From the NCBI GenBank assembly GCA_045595265.1, contig JAZOAA010000023.1:1-37737 (forward strand): DNA of 37,737 nt. The letters run 5' to 3'. This DNA is from Eubacteriales bacterium (GTDB lineage Bacteria; Bacillota; Clostridia; Oscillospirales; CAG-272). This document shows positions 1-10,499 of this stretch, in pieces. Positions within the stretch are counted from its first letter, which is position 1; every line of letters starts with the position of its first letter. Under the pieces are notes generated by a model. The model was not told the origin of the DNA, made no database searches, and saw only the letters and a program-made list of their open reading frames with translations. The translations under genes and the position numbers were made by a program.

Positions 1-1157
1 GCCTCCTCAAGCTCACGCTTGATACGCTCGATTTCTGAAGTAAGCTTCTGCTGTTCCGCAAGATACTCAAGTCTTGTATCAAGAAGGCTTTTAAGCTTCG
101 TATCAAGCTCAGATTTATCACCGTCGTACTGATGTTTTGTCTTAACCAGCGATTCCTTTGCTGTGTCTATATCGGTTATTCTGCTCTTACACTGCTCTAT
201 CAGCTCGGCAGAATGTGCAAAATCAGATTCAGCAACACGCAGAGCGTTATCCAGCTGATGAAGCTTGTCTGTCGTAGTTCTAATCTGCTCCAAAAGCCTT
301 TCTGAATAGAGTCTGTTTTCCTGGGACTTATTATATAAGTTTTCATTCTGTGCTTCAAGATCCGAAAGAATCTGATCAACTATTTCAAGCTCGTGCTTTG
401 AAAGCTTAAGCGCACCCTGCGCCTCTGAAACGTCTTCTCTGATTTTCTTCGTATCAAAAAGCCAAAGCGAAACGTCAGCACGCTTTTTCTCCTCATAAAG
501 TGCCAGACCCTTGCGCGCCTTCTCCGCCTCCTTTTCAAGAGGACCAACACGCCCTTCAAGCTCTGTCAGAATATCCTTAACTCTATCGAGATTATCCTGC
601 GTTGCCTTAAGCTTTCTTTCGGACTCTTCTTTTCTGTGACGATATTTAGAAATACCGGCAGCTTCTTCGAAAATATTTCTTCGCTCATCACTCTTTTTAG
701 AAATGATCTCCGCAATTTTACCCTGACCGATGATGGAATATCCCTCACGTCCGACACCGGTATTCATAAACAGCTCGTAAATATCACGCAGTCTCCTGGG
801 CTGACGGTTGATAAGATATTCACTTTCTCCGGTACGGTAATACCTACGTGTAACAACTACCTCATCAAACTCGGAATCGAGTCTATTATTAGGATCGGAA
901 TTATCAAAGGTTACAGAAACCTCGGCAAAGCCCATAGGACGCCTATCGTCGGTACCGCCGAAAATAACGTCCTCCATTTTAGTTCCGCGTATATTACGGC
1001 TCGAAAGCTCACCGAGAACCCAACGCATAGCATCGGAAATATTCGATTTACCACTTCCGTTAGGTCCGACGATTACCGTCGCACCGCGCTCAAATGACAG
1101 AACGGTTCTGTTTGGAAAAGATTTGAATCCGTGTAGCTCTAGTGATTTTAAGTACAT
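1..1157 (-). CDS. smc: Chromosome segregation protein SMC, N-terminal part (gene continues past window start)
   Basis: Minus-strand frame is open from ATG at 1157 to the window edge. My translation starts MYLKSLELHGFKSFPNRTVLSFERGATVIVGPNGSGKSNISDAMRWVLGE (Walker A GPNGSGKS), then coiled-coil-like E/K/L-rich sequence. Absent from the ORF track because there is no stop in the window. Confidence 0.9.
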   Translation of the reverse strand, partial: MYLKSLELHGFKSFPNRTVLSFERGATVIVGPNGSGKSNISDAMRWVLGELSSRNIRGTKMEDVIFGGTDDRRPMGFAEVSVTFDNSDPNNRLDSEFDEVVVTRRYYRTGESEYLINRQPRRLRDIYELFMNTGVGREGYSIIGQGKIAEIISKKSDERRNIFEEAAGISKYRHRKEESERKLKATQDNLDRVKDILTELEGRVGPLEKEAEKARKGLALYEEKKRADVSLWLFDTKKIREDVSEAQGALKLSKHELEIVDQILSDLEAQNENLYNKSQENRLYSERLLEQIRTTTDKLHQLDNALRVAESDFAHSAELIEQCKSRITDIDTAKESLVKTKHQYDGDKSELDTKLKSLLDTRLEYLAEQQKLTSEIERIKRELEE

Positions 1158-1174
1158 CGTTTACCTCAAAAATA

Positions 1175-2188
1175 TCATTTATCTAATATGGAAAGCTCAA
1201 CATGGTTAATATCGGAATATTCCTTAAATATCACGTCACGAACTCCGAGCTTTTCCGTTAAAGTAATCTTGTTTTTTCTTTTTTGCCCGATAGCCTTTGA
1301 AAGCGTGCCAAGCGGCACTTTAACAAGTAACATATCGTCTTTTTTTAATATCAGTTCTTTTGCTTTAGCATATATCTCGTCAAAATACAGCTTATTTTCA
1401 ACTAGCTCCCCAAGCGACGGGTGATTAGGACCTGCAAAATACGTATCGTCACTGCAAAGGTTATCAGAGGCGCAAAGTCCAAGACGTATAACGCCAACTC
1501 CCGATTTTCTGAAAAGCTTTAGCACCTCGGCGCATCTGTTTACAGCTTCTTCAAGGGTTAGAGGGCTATATTTTCCCTGCTTAGCCATCTCACACAGCTC
1601 GGTATCGCGAAATACCACCGTAGGATAAACCCTTGCGAATGAGGCTCCCGAGTTTATAATAAAACGAGCCGTATCCATCTCACTCTTAAGGGTTGATCCA
1701 GGCAAGCCTATCATCATTTGACCTACGAGCGTAATGCCCGAATCCACGATTAGCTTGCAAGCTCTGATCTCATCATCAGCGGTGTGACCGCGCTTTGATC
1801 GTCGAAGAACCTCGGGATCAACGCTTTGAAGTCCAAGCTCTACCGTGCTGACACCGTAGCGCTTAAGAGTTGAAATGATTTTTTCGTCAATGTAATCGGG
1901 TCTTGTCGAACAGCGAATCGACGTCACAAGACCGCGTTCAATATAAGAGTGAGCAATTCGTAGCAACTCGGTCATCAAGGCAAAATCAATGCCTGTAAAA
2001 GAACCGCCAAAAAAAGCTATCTCTACCTCATCATCTTTAGAAACCGTTGAAAGCGCCTCATCAATTATCTTTTCGGTTTCCGAAGGATCAAAGCTCTCAA
2101 CGCCCGAAATTGTATGTTGATTGCAAAAAACACAGTTGTTCGGACACCCGAGGTGCGGAATAAAAACCGGGATATTAATATGTCTCAT
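1175..2188 (-). CDS. Radical SAM protein (ELP3-like/COG1243-type, function unknown)
   Basis: 337-aa ORF with N-terminal CPNNCVFC (CxxxCxxC) cluster motif. ATGA start/stop overlap with rnc; sits between rnc and smc. Confidence 0.8.
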   Translation of the reverse strand: MRHINIPVFIPHLGCPNNCVFCNQHTISGVESFDPSETEKIIDEALSTVSKDDEVEIAFFGGSFTGIDFALMTELLRIAHSYIERGLVTSIRCSTRPDYIDEKIISTLKRYGVSTVELGLQSVDPEVLRRSKRGHTADDEIRACKLIVDSGITLVGQMMIGLPGSTLKSEMDTARFIINSGASFARVYPTVVFRDTELCEMAKQGKYSPLTLEEAVNRCAEVLKLFRKSGVGVIRLGLCASDNLCSDDTYFAGPNHPSLGELVENKLYFDEIYAKAKELILKKDDMLLVKVPLGTLSKAIGQKRKNKITLTEKLGVRDVIFKEYSDINHVELSILDK

Positions 2189-2901
2189 ATTAAAGCACCG
2201 AAAAGCGCAAGCGCTTCTTTTGCCGCGAGCATCTCGGCATCTTTTTTATTAGATGCACTTCCTCTGCCGACCTCATTGTTGTTTACAAATGCTGCGACGG
2301 TAAAGGTTTTATCATGATCGGGACCGCTCTGCTCTACGATCTTGTATTCTAACACCGCTGTACCGTCTTGCTCGGTGAGCTGTTGCAGTTTAGTCTTATA
2401 ATCTGTTGTATGGGCAGATGAGAGTCCTGAAAGCTCTTTAGCGTAAAGAGCAAGTATCACACCTCGGCATCTCTCGGCACCAAGCTTTGCGGCATCAAGA
2501 TATATTGCGCCAAAAACAGCCTCAAGTGCATCGGCTAAAATTTTCGGTCTGCTTCTGCAATCACTGTTTTCTTCTCCGTGACCTAGGTTAAGATATTCAC
2601 CCAAACTTATTTCTGCCGCGATTTTTGATAGCGTTTTTTCACAAACCAATGATTGACGCATCTTCGTCAGAGCACCCTCGCGGTATTTTTTGAAATTAGA
2701 ATAAAGATATTCCGATATTACAAGCTCAAGCACAGCATCACCGAGAAACTCGAGGCGCTCGTTAGATGATGTGTTAATACCGCGGGCACGCTGCTCGTTA
2801 GTATACGAGGAATGAGTAAGAGCGAGCTCGAGATATGAGATATCCGTAAATGAATATCCCAAAACGCCTTGCAGCGCTATTATATCCTTACCTATTGCCA
2901 T
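2185..2901 (-). CDS. rnc: Ribonuclease III
   Basis: RNase III signature region NERLEFLGDAVLE and a C-terminal dsRBD-like tail. I place the start at ATG 2901 (MAIGKD), 5 nt after GGAGG; the track start at 2913 is a TTG inside the RBS. Confidence 0.93.
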   Translation of the reverse strand: MAIGKDIIALQGVLGYSFTDISYLELALTHSSYTNEQRARGINTSSNERLEFLGDAVLELVISEYLYSNFKKYREGALTKMRQSLVCEKTLSKIAAEISLGEYLNLGHGEENSDCRSRPKILADALEAVFGAIYLDAAKLGAERCRGVILALYAKELSGLSSAHTTDYKTKLQQLTEQDGTAVLEYKIVEQSGPDHDKTFTVAAFVNNNEVGRGSASNKKDAEMLAAKEALALFGALI

Positions 2902-2929
2902 ACCATCCTCCAAAGCATTTACTGCTTAA

Positions 2930-3967
2930 TTAAACCTTCTCGTACATTTTCTCTGCATCGGAGATCATCTTTTTGTCATCGTAATCCTCTGCGAAAATAG
3001 CAATATCGTCGTTTATTCCCGTCTGAACGAAGAATATAGCCTGACGAACAGCATTTTTTATCGCAACGGCATCAGATGATCCGTGAGCCTTGATTACAGG
3101 CTTTGAAATTCCAAGAAGAGGCGCTCCTCCATGCTCCGCCGAATCAAAGCGCTGACGCATTTCTTTTATTTTATCATACATTGTAAGTGTAGCAATCTTT
3201 GTTGCGGTATTGGCGGTAAGAACCTCCTTAAACGCTGACATAACAAACTTTGAAACGCCCTCTACGCTCTTGAGGAAAATATTTCCGGAAAAGCCGTCGG
3301 TAACTAGCACGTCGCATACACCGAAGGGCGCTTCTTTAGCCTCTACGTTTCCAACGAAATTAAGTCCCGACTCGGAAAGAAGCTGATATGACTCCGTTTG
3401 CAAAGCATTTCCTTTATTATACTCTGTACCGTTATTAAGCTGACCTACTCTTGGACGGTCGATACCGTATATTTTTTCCATATACTTCGAGCCCATAAAG
3501 GCAAATTGTATAATGTTATCCGACGTTACCGTAAGGTTAGCGCCCGAATCCATCAGAAGCATTGGATTTGCAAGCGGCAAAACGGAAGCTATCGCCGCTC
3601 TGTTTATACCGCGTATACGTCGTACTATTATCGTAGCACCGGTAATAAGTGCACCAGTGTTACCGGCACTTACAAATGCATCGGCATCGCCCTTTGATAA
3701 AGTCTTAAATCCGACACTCATAGAAGAATCCTTCTTATCTCTGACAACGGAAAGAGGGCTATCCTCCATGGTTATAACGGTATCTGCGTGAATTATTTCA
3801 ATCCCTGCAATGTCAATTTCGTTTTTTACCGCTACGTCCGAAATCACGTTCTCATCTCCAACAAGAACGATCTCGTGATCCTTAAATTCCTTTGCGGCAA
3901 GCGCAGCACCTTTAACGGTTTCAAGCGGAGCGTTATCTCCACTCATAGCATCAATCAATATTCTCAT
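2930..3967 (-). CDS. plsX: Phosphate acyltransferase PlsX
   Basis: 345 aa. N-terminus MRILIDAMSGDNAP and overall length are typical of PlsX; conserved neighbourhood with rnc. Confidence 0.93.
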   Translation of the reverse strand: MRILIDAMSGDNAPLETVKGAALAAKEFKDHEIVLVGDENVISDVAVKNEIDIAGIEIIHADTVITMEDSPLSVVRDKKDSSMSVGFKTLSKGDADAFVSAGNTGALITGATIIVRRIRGINRAAIASVLPLANPMLLMDSGANLTVTSDNIIQFAFMGSKYMEKIYGIDRPRVGQLNNGTEYNKGNALQTESYQLLSESGLNFVGNVEAKEAPFGVCDVLVTDGFSGNIFLKSVEGVSKFVMSAFKEVLTANTATKIATLTMYDKIKEMRQRFDSAEHGGAPLLGISKPVIKAHGSSDAVAIKNAVRQAIFFVQTGINDDIAIFAEDYDDKKMISDAEKMYEKV

Positions 3968-5312
3968 TTTCAGTCAAAGCTACGTAACTATCACGTATAA
4001 TGCCGAGCGAACGCTCTGCATACGCTTCATTACGACACCTTTTGCCTCCTTTAATTTTCTTATCAAACGGTGCTATGATGCCAAAATTTGCATTCATAGG
4101 CTGGAAGGACGAGCTTACACCGCCACAGCTGACGTATGATGCCAGCGCTCCAATCTCGGTCTCCTTCGGGAAAACGACGCTTTCTTTACCAAGGGCAAAT
4201 CTTGCGGCATTTAACCCGGCAACAAAGCCCGAGGACGTAGATTCGATATATCCCTCGACACCCGTCATTTGTCCTGCGAAAAAGACATTATTTCGTTCGC
4301 ACATGGAATAAACGGGTGTAAGGAATCCGGGAGAATTAATGTACGTATTTCTATGCATAACGCCATACCTGAAAAATTCACATGATTCTAGTCCGGGTAT
4401 AAGCCTGAAAACGCGCTTTTGCTCCTCAAATGTCAGATGAGTCTGGAATCCTACAATGTTATACATCGTTCCCTCTATGTTTTCGCGCCTTAGTTGAACT
4501 GTGGCAAATGCCTCCGACCCGGTTTTAGGATCTATGAGTCCTACGGGCTTCATCGGACCGAATCGCAGCGTATCGTATCCTCTTGACGCCATAACTTCAA
4601 CCGGCATACAACCTTCAAAAACGGTAAGCTCTTTTTCTTGAAGCTCTTTGTCAAATGCCTTAAGCGGTGCGACCTTTGAGGATATCAGCGCATTATAAAA
4701 AACGTCATATTCTTCTTTGGTGAATGGGCAATTCAAGTAATCCTTCGCATCGCCTTTACCGTATCTGGAAGCAAAAAATGCTTTGTCCATATTAACGGTA
4801 GAAAAATCGACAATAGGAGCTGCCACATCAAAGAAATGAAGCTCTCCGCCACCGGTGATTTCAGATATTCTTTGCGCCATTTTCTCAGAGGTCAGAGGGC
4901 CGGTCGCAACTACTGTTATATCATTAAAATCAATATCTGTTACTTCCCCTGAAATTACAGTGATATCCGGGTGAGATTTTATCTTATTGGTAACGTACTC
5001 GCTGAAGAGGTCGCGGTTAACGGCAAGTGCCGCACCGGCAGGCACTTGCGTAGCGTAAGCCGCTTCCATTATCAAAGAGCCCATAAGGCGCAGCTCCTCC
5101 TTGAGAAGTCCAACCGCGTTGTTTAACTGATTAGAGCGCAAGGAGTTAGAACATACAAGCTCTGCAAAGCCCTCTTTATGATGAGCCGGAGAAAATTTCT
5201 CGGGCTTCATTTCATAAAGCTCAACCCTGGCGCCCTGGCGAACTGCTTGCCAAGCCGCTTCACAGCCGGCGAGTCCTGCGCCGATTATTTTTACAAGTGG
5301 TTTTTGGCTCAT
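3951..5312 (-). CDS. trmFO: Methylenetetrahydrofolate--tRNA-(uracil-5-)-methyltransferase TrmFO
   Basis: 453 aa. FAD-binding N-terminus IIGAGLAGCEAAWQ; the classic dprA-topA-trmFO (gid) order of Firmicutes. Confidence 0.93.
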   Translation of the reverse strand: MSQKPLVKIIGAGLAGCEAAWQAVRQGARVELYEMKPEKFSPAHHKEGFAELVCSNSLRSNQLNNAVGLLKEELRLMGSLIMEAAYATQVPAGAALAVNRDLFSEYVTNKIKSHPDITVISGEVTDIDFNDITVVATGPLTSEKMAQRISEITGGGELHFFDVAAPIVDFSTVNMDKAFFASRYGKGDAKDYLNCPFTKEEYDVFYNALISSKVAPLKAFDKELQEKELTVFEGCMPVEVMASRGYDTLRFGPMKPVGLIDPKTGSEAFATVQLRRENIEGTMYNIVGFQTHLTFEEQKRVFRLIPGLESCEFFRYGVMHRNTYINSPGFLTPVYSMCERNNVFFAGQMTGVEGYIESTSSGFVAGLNAARFALGKESVVFPKETEIGALASYVSCGGVSSSFQPMNANFGIIAPFDKKIKGGKRCRNEAYAERSLGIIRDSYVALTENENID

Positions 5313-7582
5313 TATTCGATTACCGTCATTTCTTCCTCACGCTTATACGTGCATCCCTTATTCTTGCACAAAACAAGCTTTCTGCTCTTTCGGTAATAAA
5401 GCATGGAAGAGCAATTCGGACAAAGCTCATTCAAGGGCATATCCCAGGTGGAAAAATCACACTCGGGATATTTTTCACAACTGTAAAAGAGCATCTTACC
5501 CTTTCCGTGACGTGCAACTACCATAGAATTACATTTCGGGCATTTAACACCGGTTTCGCTTATCTTCTGCTTGGTGAAAGTACATTCGGGATAATTGGAA
5601 CAAGCAAAAAATGCTCCGTATCTTCCCTTGCGTATCACCATATCACCACCGCAAACCTCACACTTAAAGCCTGCAAGCTCAACCGTTTCGGGCTTAGGCT
5701 CAGCTACGTTACCGTCCTTGTCAAGAGCTTTTGTATTTTTACATTTCGGATAGTTCGGACAAGCAAGGAATTTTCCGAATCTGCCTGTCTTATATACCAT
5801 TTTTTCGCCACATTTATCGCAAATAACGTCGCTCTGCTCGGGCTGAATAGAAAATTTATCATTTTTCTCTGCCGAAAGAGCGGTTTTCAAATCTGACTCG
5901 AATTTTTTATAAAAATCAGAAAGAACACCGACGGTAGTATTCTCTTTATTTTCTATCGAATCAAGCTTCGTTTCCATCGAAGCCGTGAACTCGTAGTCAA
6001 TAATATCAGGGAAATATTCACGCATAAAATTGGTTGTAGCCTCGCCCAAGGGAGTTGCTACCAGGAATTTTCCCTCGCGCTTTATATATTCACGAGAAAT
6101 GATGATAGAAATTATAGGAGCATAGGTAGAGGGACGTCCTATACCGTTTTCCTTAAAGAAATCTATAAGCGAAGCTTCTGTATAACGAAGAGGCGGCTCG
6201 GTAAAGTGCTGCTGTTTTTTTAGCTCGGTGAGTGAGAGAGTCTCCCCCTCTTTGACTCCGGGAAGCCTTCCGATGGAAAGCATATCCTCGTCGGAGCTAT
6301 CGTCCTCTTTTTCGTAAGCGTCATATATTGCCAAATATCCTCTAAACCTAACCGTCTGACCACCGGTCTTAAAGATATAACCGGAATTTTCAATGTCAAC
6401 CGACACGGTATCAAGCTCGCAGGATTCCATTTGACTTGCAATAAATCTATCCCAAATAAGCTTATATAATCTATACTGTTCGGAGGTCAGCATTTTCTTT
6501 ACACTTTTAGGTGTAAGAGCAGGAGTTGAAGGTCTTATAGCCTCGTGTGCATCCTGTGCATTAGCGGTCGTCTTGTAAGTTCTCTGCGCCTTCGGAAGAT
6601 ATTCACTACCGTAATTATCAACAATATATTCTGCCGCAGCTTGCTCGGCAACAGCGGAAACTCTTGTGGAATCTGTACGCATATACGTGATAAGACCCTG
6701 AACACCGCCCAGATCTTGTCCAAGATTAAGACCATCGTAAAGTTCTTGCGCAACCTTCATTGTCTTTTGCGACTGGAAACCTAACTTCTTTGACGCCTCC
6801 TGAAGCATAGAGGACGTAGTAAAGGGAGGAGCGGGAGATTTATGCTTGATAGCATGCTTCACAGAAAGAACCTTATACCGCCCCTTATCAAGAGCGCTTG
6901 CGATTTTTTCCGCATCGGTTTGCGAAGTGATCTTTATTTTCTTGACATTATCACCGAAAAATCTCGCGGGAATAGTTTCGCCGCGCTCGTTGCCAAGAGT
7001 TACCTCTATCGTCCAATATTCTTGCGGAACAAAAGCTCGTATTTCTTCCTCGCGCTCTGTGATAATACGAGTAGCAACAGACTGCACTCTTCCGCCTGAA
7101 AGTCCGCTTCTGAGATTTTTCCAAAGCACCTCGCTTAAATTAAAGCCCACAAGTCTATCCAGTATACGTCTTGCCTGCTGAGAATTAACGAGATCCTCGT
7201 TTATTTTCCTCGGTTTCTTTATAGCTTCTTTAACAGCGCCCTTGGTAATTTCGTTAAATGTTACACGACATTCCTTATCTCTCGGAATGCCAAGTTCATT
7301 GGCAATATGCCAGGAAATAGCCTCTCCCTCACGGTCGGGGTCGGTTGCAAGGAAAATCTTTGTTGCGGATTTTGCCTCTTTTTTCAACTCTTTTATAACG
7401 TCACCCTTACCGCGAATATTTATATAATGAGGCTCGAAATTGTTGTTAACATCAATGCCGAGCGTGCTTTTAGGTAAATCGCGTATATGCCCCTTTGATG
7501 CTATTACTTTATAATTTTGTCCAAGATAGCCCTTTATTGTATTAGCCTTTGCAGGCGACTCAACTATTACAAGATTTGCCAT
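5312..7582 (-). CDS. topA: DNA topoisomerase I
   Basis: 756 aa. TOPRIM N-terminus MANLVIVESPAKA...DPDREGEAI and several C-terminal CxxC...CxxC zinc ribbons. TAATG overlap with the trmFO start. Confidence 0.96.
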   Translation of the reverse strand: MANLVIVESPAKANTIKGYLGQNYKVIASKGHIRDLPKSTLGIDVNNNFEPHYINIRGKGDVIKELKKEAKSATKIFLATDPDREGEAISWHIANELGIPRDKECRVTFNEITKGAVKEAIKKPRKINEDLVNSQQARRILDRLVGFNLSEVLWKNLRSGLSGGRVQSVATRIITEREEEIRAFVPQEYWTIEVTLGNERGETIPARFFGDNVKKIKITSQTDAEKIASALDKGRYKVLSVKHAIKHKSPAPPFTTSSMLQEASKKLGFQSQKTMKVAQELYDGLNLGQDLGGVQGLITYMRTDSTRVSAVAEQAAAEYIVDNYGSEYLPKAQRTYKTTANAQDAHEAIRPSTPALTPKSVKKMLTSEQYRLYKLIWDRFIASQMESCELDTVSVDIENSGYIFKTGGQTVRFRGYLAIYDAYEKEDDSSDEDMLSIGRLPGVKEGETLSLTELKKQQHFTEPPLRYTEASLIDFFKENGIGRPSTYAPIISIIISREYIKREGKFLVATPLGEATTNFMREYFPDIIDYEFTASMETKLDSIENKENTTVGVLSDFYKKFESDLKTALSAEKNDKFSIQPEQSDVICDKCGEKMVYKTGRFGKFLACPNYPKCKNTKALDKDGNVAEPKPETVELAGFKCEVCGGDMVIRKGRYGAFFACSNYPECTFTKQKISETGVKCPKCNSMVVARHGKGKMLFYSCEKYPECDFSTWDMPLNELCPNCSSMLYYRKSRKLVLCKNKGCTYKREEEMTVIE

Positions 7583-7616
7583 ATATCAAAAGCGAGCTTG
7601 TCGCTTCCTTTCTCTG

Positions 7617-8906
7617 TTATTTTTTTCTCATCACGCGCTCCGCAGGGAGCATCACAACAAATCCGCCCATCTCTAATTTCAAGAGCGCCCTCATTACCTT
7701 TCTAAGATCCGTACTGTCATCGACAAGATCCTCAATGGCGCAATCACCCGTTAGCGGAATTTTTTTATAAAGTGAAATGGTCTGTTTATCAAACTCATCG
7801 TTTGTAGGCTCAACATACTCCTCTGTCTTCTTTTCATCAATAGGCACGACGAGCTTGCTTGTTGCAGAGATGTTGTTGCGCCGTGAGCGATTCTCTGATT
7901 TCTCTTTCGGCGCAGAGCCGCTCCTAAAAATATCATCATTCGGTGCTACCGCAATTACAGAATACCTTCTCAATGCATCCATGACGTTCACGGGACATTT
8001 TTCGGGAAGATTAAAGGGATTTATAACTCCGGGGTAAACGTCCTTAAAATCTCTTATAACGTCATCTGCGCAGGTAAAAAGCATTGCACCGTTTTTTATA
8101 AGCATATTCGTTGCTTGACTGTTCTTTTGATCAACGCTTCCCGGTAAAGCGTAAACGACCTTCCTCTGCTCTATCGCGTGACGCGCTGTTATCAAAGAAC
8201 CGCTGCGCTCCTTTCCCTCAACAACAAGTGTCGTAGCGGAAAGACCGCTTATCAATCTGTTTCTCTTCGGGAACGTCGTACGCGAGGGCTTGGTTCCGGG
8301 TGGAAATTCGGTTATAACACAGCCGCGCTTGACAATCTCCCTCGCAAGACGCAAATGCCCCTCAGGATAACAAACGTTTATGCCCGTACCGATAACCGCA
8401 ACCGTAATTCCGTCAGCCGCTAAAGCTCCCGCGTGAGATATTCCGTCTATTCCCATCGCCATGCCTGAAACTATTATCGAACCCGCGGAAGCAAGATCGT
8501 ATGCTACATTAAACGCTACGTTTCTTCCATAATCGGAAATAGAGCGAGTACCAACCATAGCAACGGCAAAATTCTTATTAAAATCGGGAAATGTTCCTCT
8601 GTAATACAAAAGAACGGGCGGTGTCGGTATCTCGCGCAAGGATTCGGGAAAATTCTCATCTGCATACGTTACTATGCCGACGTTGTTTTTTTCACAAAAT
8701 TCAAGTATTTTAGCGGCTTCGGTAAGATCCTTTTCCGCTAAGCGAGAACGGTCTGAAGAACGAGTACCTATATACTTTGATAACTCGTAAAGCTCAGCTT
8801 CATAAATTTCCTTAGCGCCCGCAAAATTTGAAATTAGTTTCTTGAAGACTCTGGAATCGGGAGTTACCGCTAAAGATAACCAGATCCAATATACGATATC
8901 TCTCAT
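7617..8906 (-). CDS. dprA: DNA processing/protecting protein DprA (Smf)
   Basis: 429 aa. Rossmann-like core VSGMAMGIDGISHAGAL...GSLITA typical of DprA; located upstream of topA. Confidence 0.88.
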   Translation of the reverse strand: MRDIVYWIWLSLAVTPDSRVFKKLISNFAGAKEIYEAELYELSKYIGTRSSDRSRLAEKDLTEAAKILEFCEKNNVGIVTYADENFPESLREIPTPPVLLYYRGTFPDFNKNFAVAMVGTRSISDYGRNVAFNVAYDLASAGSIIVSGMAMGIDGISHAGALAADGITVAVIGTGINVCYPEGHLRLAREIVKRGCVITEFPPGTKPSRTTFPKRNRLISGLSATTLVVEGKERSGSLITARHAIEQRKVVYALPGSVDQKNSQATNMLIKNGAMLFTCADDVIRDFKDVYPGVINPFNLPEKCPVNVMDALRRYSVIAVAPNDDIFRSGSAPKEKSENRSRRNNISATSKLVVPIDEKKTEEYVEPTNDEFDKQTISLYKKIPLTGDCAIEDLVDDSTDLRKVMRALLKLEMGGFVVMLPAERVMRKK

Positions 8907-8924
8907 ACCACAATCTCCTTAAAT

Positions 8925-9755
8925 TCATTTATTTTGTTCCCACATAAAAACAGCTGCCGCAACCGAAGCATTTAGCGACTCTGTTCTCTCGGAAATCGGA
9001 ATATAAATGCTTCCAGTGCAAACAGTTGATATCTCCTCGGGTATGCCGTGCCCTTCATTGCCGATAACAAAAATGTCGGTGGGCAATAGGTGAATATCTC
9101 TTATTGAGCTGGCACCGTCACGAAGTTCTGCGGCAAAAACGCGTCTGTTCGATTGACGAGCCGACGTGATAAAAGAAGAAAAATCATTCACAACGCTGAT
9201 CTTTACCGCAAAAAGATTTCCCATAGCGCTTCTTACAGTCTTGGGATTATATATATCGGCAGAGTCCGAAGACACAACGATGTGATCAACTCCAAAAGCA
9301 ACCGCGCTTCTGATAACTGAGCCGAGATTTGACGGATCTCTTACCGAGCAAAGTGCTATACAACGTTCATTATCCGAAAGAAAAAACTCTTCCTTATATA
9401 TTATATCCAATTTCTTGAAAAAGTCAAGATGTTTTATTACCGCAATTATACCTTCAGGCGCTTTTTCAGTAGAAATTTTTTCAAAAGCGCTATCGGAAAC
9501 AATAATAATCTCGGTTTCATCAAATGATGAGTCCGACAAAGCAGCGGTTATCCCTTCGAGATTTTTATCTTTTTTGGATTCGGAAATGAATATATACATT
9601 ATAGGCAGCTTATGTTTTATAGCCTCAAAGACGAGCTTTTCGCCCTCCGCCAAGAATGCTTCCGATTTTTGTCTTTCCTTCTTTTCGGAAAGTGAAGTCG
9701 CCCACTTTACAAGCGGATTATTACGACTGCTCAAGATTTCCTGCCGAATTTTCAT
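8925..9755 (-). CDS. TrmH/SpoU-family RNA 2'-O-methyltransferase
   Basis: 276 aa. SpoU motifs NLGSVIRSA, VIGNEGHGIPEE and SLNASVAAAV. Confidence 0.85.
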   Translation of the reverse strand: MKIRQEILSSRNNPLVKWATSLSEKKERQKSEAFLAEGEKLVFEAIKHKLPIMYIFISESKKDKNLEGITAALSDSSFDETEIIIVSDSAFEKISTEKAPEGIIAVIKHLDFFKKLDIIYKEEFFLSDNERCIALCSVRDPSNLGSVIRSAVAFGVDHIVVSSDSADIYNPKTVRSAMGNLFAVKISVVNDFSSFITSARQSNRRVFAAELRDGASSIRDIHLLPTDIFVIGNEGHGIPEEISTVCTGSIYIPISERTESLNASVAAAVFMWEQNK

Positions 9756-9816
9756 TTTTTAGTCAAACGCCAAAACATCGGCGCCATATCCTTTCGAGAA
9801 AATATATTCACTATAC

Positions 9817-9859
9817 AAAAGAAAAACACCCGATTAACCGTATGATCGGAAAATCGGGT
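9817..9859 (-). terminator. Intrinsic terminator after rplT
   Basis: Minus-strand hairpin ACCCGATT...AATCGGGT (9828-9835 / 9852-9859) followed by GTTTTTCTTTT. Confidence 0.75.
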
Positions 9860-9871
9860 AATTTTTTCAAA

Positions 9872-10225
9872 TTAAAGCGCAGCCTTTGCGCGCTCACAAA
9901 TTGCAGCGAAAGCTTCCTTGTCAGAAACTGCAAGCTCTGCAAGCATCTTACGGTTAAGATCGATACCTGCAACCTTGAGACCGTGCATAAGTGTGGAATA
10001 GTTCATTCCGCAAACCTTAGCCTGTGCAGAAATTCTGGTAATCCAGAGAGAACGGAAGTCTCTCTTCTTCATCTTACGGCCTGCAAAAGCGTAATTACCG
10101 CTCTTAAGCACGGCCTGCTTAGCCATCTTAAAGTGCTTGGACTTTGAGCCCCAGTAACCCTTTGCAGCCTTGAGTATATTCTTTCTTCTCTTGCGCGTCA
10201 TCATAGCGCCCTTAACTCTTGCCAT
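9872..10225 (-). CDS. rplT: 50S ribosomal protein L20
   Basis: 117 aa, [26 protein letters not shown]; infC-rpmI-rplT operon order. Confidence 0.97.
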   Translation of the reverse strand: MARVKGAMMTRKRRKNILKAAKGYWGSKSKHFKMAKQAVLKSGNYAFAGRKMKKRDFRSLWITRISAQAKVCGMNYSTLMHGLKVAGIDLNRKMLAELAVSDKEAFAAICERAKAAL

Positions 10226-10259
10226 ATTATTTCTTCCTCCTGATTTTTAGTCTGCCTTA

Positions 10260-10454
10260 TTACTTCTGAATAAGGGTTCTGTAAGTGGGTGCGAAGCATT
10301 CGCTGAGTATAGCGCCCTTGCGAAGACTTCTTTTACGCTTTGCGGTCTTAAGACCGAGCTTGTGACGGTGGTTGTTGTGTGACATCTTTACTTTTCCGCT
10401 ACCGGTAAGAGAAAATCTCTTAGCAGAAGCCTTATGTGTCTTGATCTTTCCCAT
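10260..10454 (-). CDS. rpmI: 50S ribosomal protein L35
   Basis: MGKIKTHKASAKRFSLTGSGKVK. Start moved to ATG 10454, which is preceded by AAGGAGAA; the track start at 10487 adds 11 non-conserved residues. Confidence 0.94.
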   Translation of the reverse strand: MGKIKTHKASAKRFSLTGSGKVKMSHNNHRHKLGLKTAKRKRSLRKGAILSECFAPTYRTLIQK

Positions 10455-10499
10455 TTTTATTCTCCTTTTTTGTAAGGGTTGCCCCAAAATTTAACAAAA

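Noticed and set aside
566-1097. ORF-track entries 566..757 (-) and 636..1097 (+)
   Set aside because: Both lie inside the smc reading frame (1..1157, minus strand), which has a clear Walker A head and coiled-coil translation. They have no RBS and low-complexity translations.
5297-5896. 199-aa plus-strand ORF, and similar 60-110-aa ORFs throughout topA, plsX, trmFO, ffh, mutS2, phoH and other genes
   Set aside because: They are antisense or out of frame within strongly supported conserved genes. Their translations are Ser/Leu/Phe-rich, which is typical of shadow ORFs.
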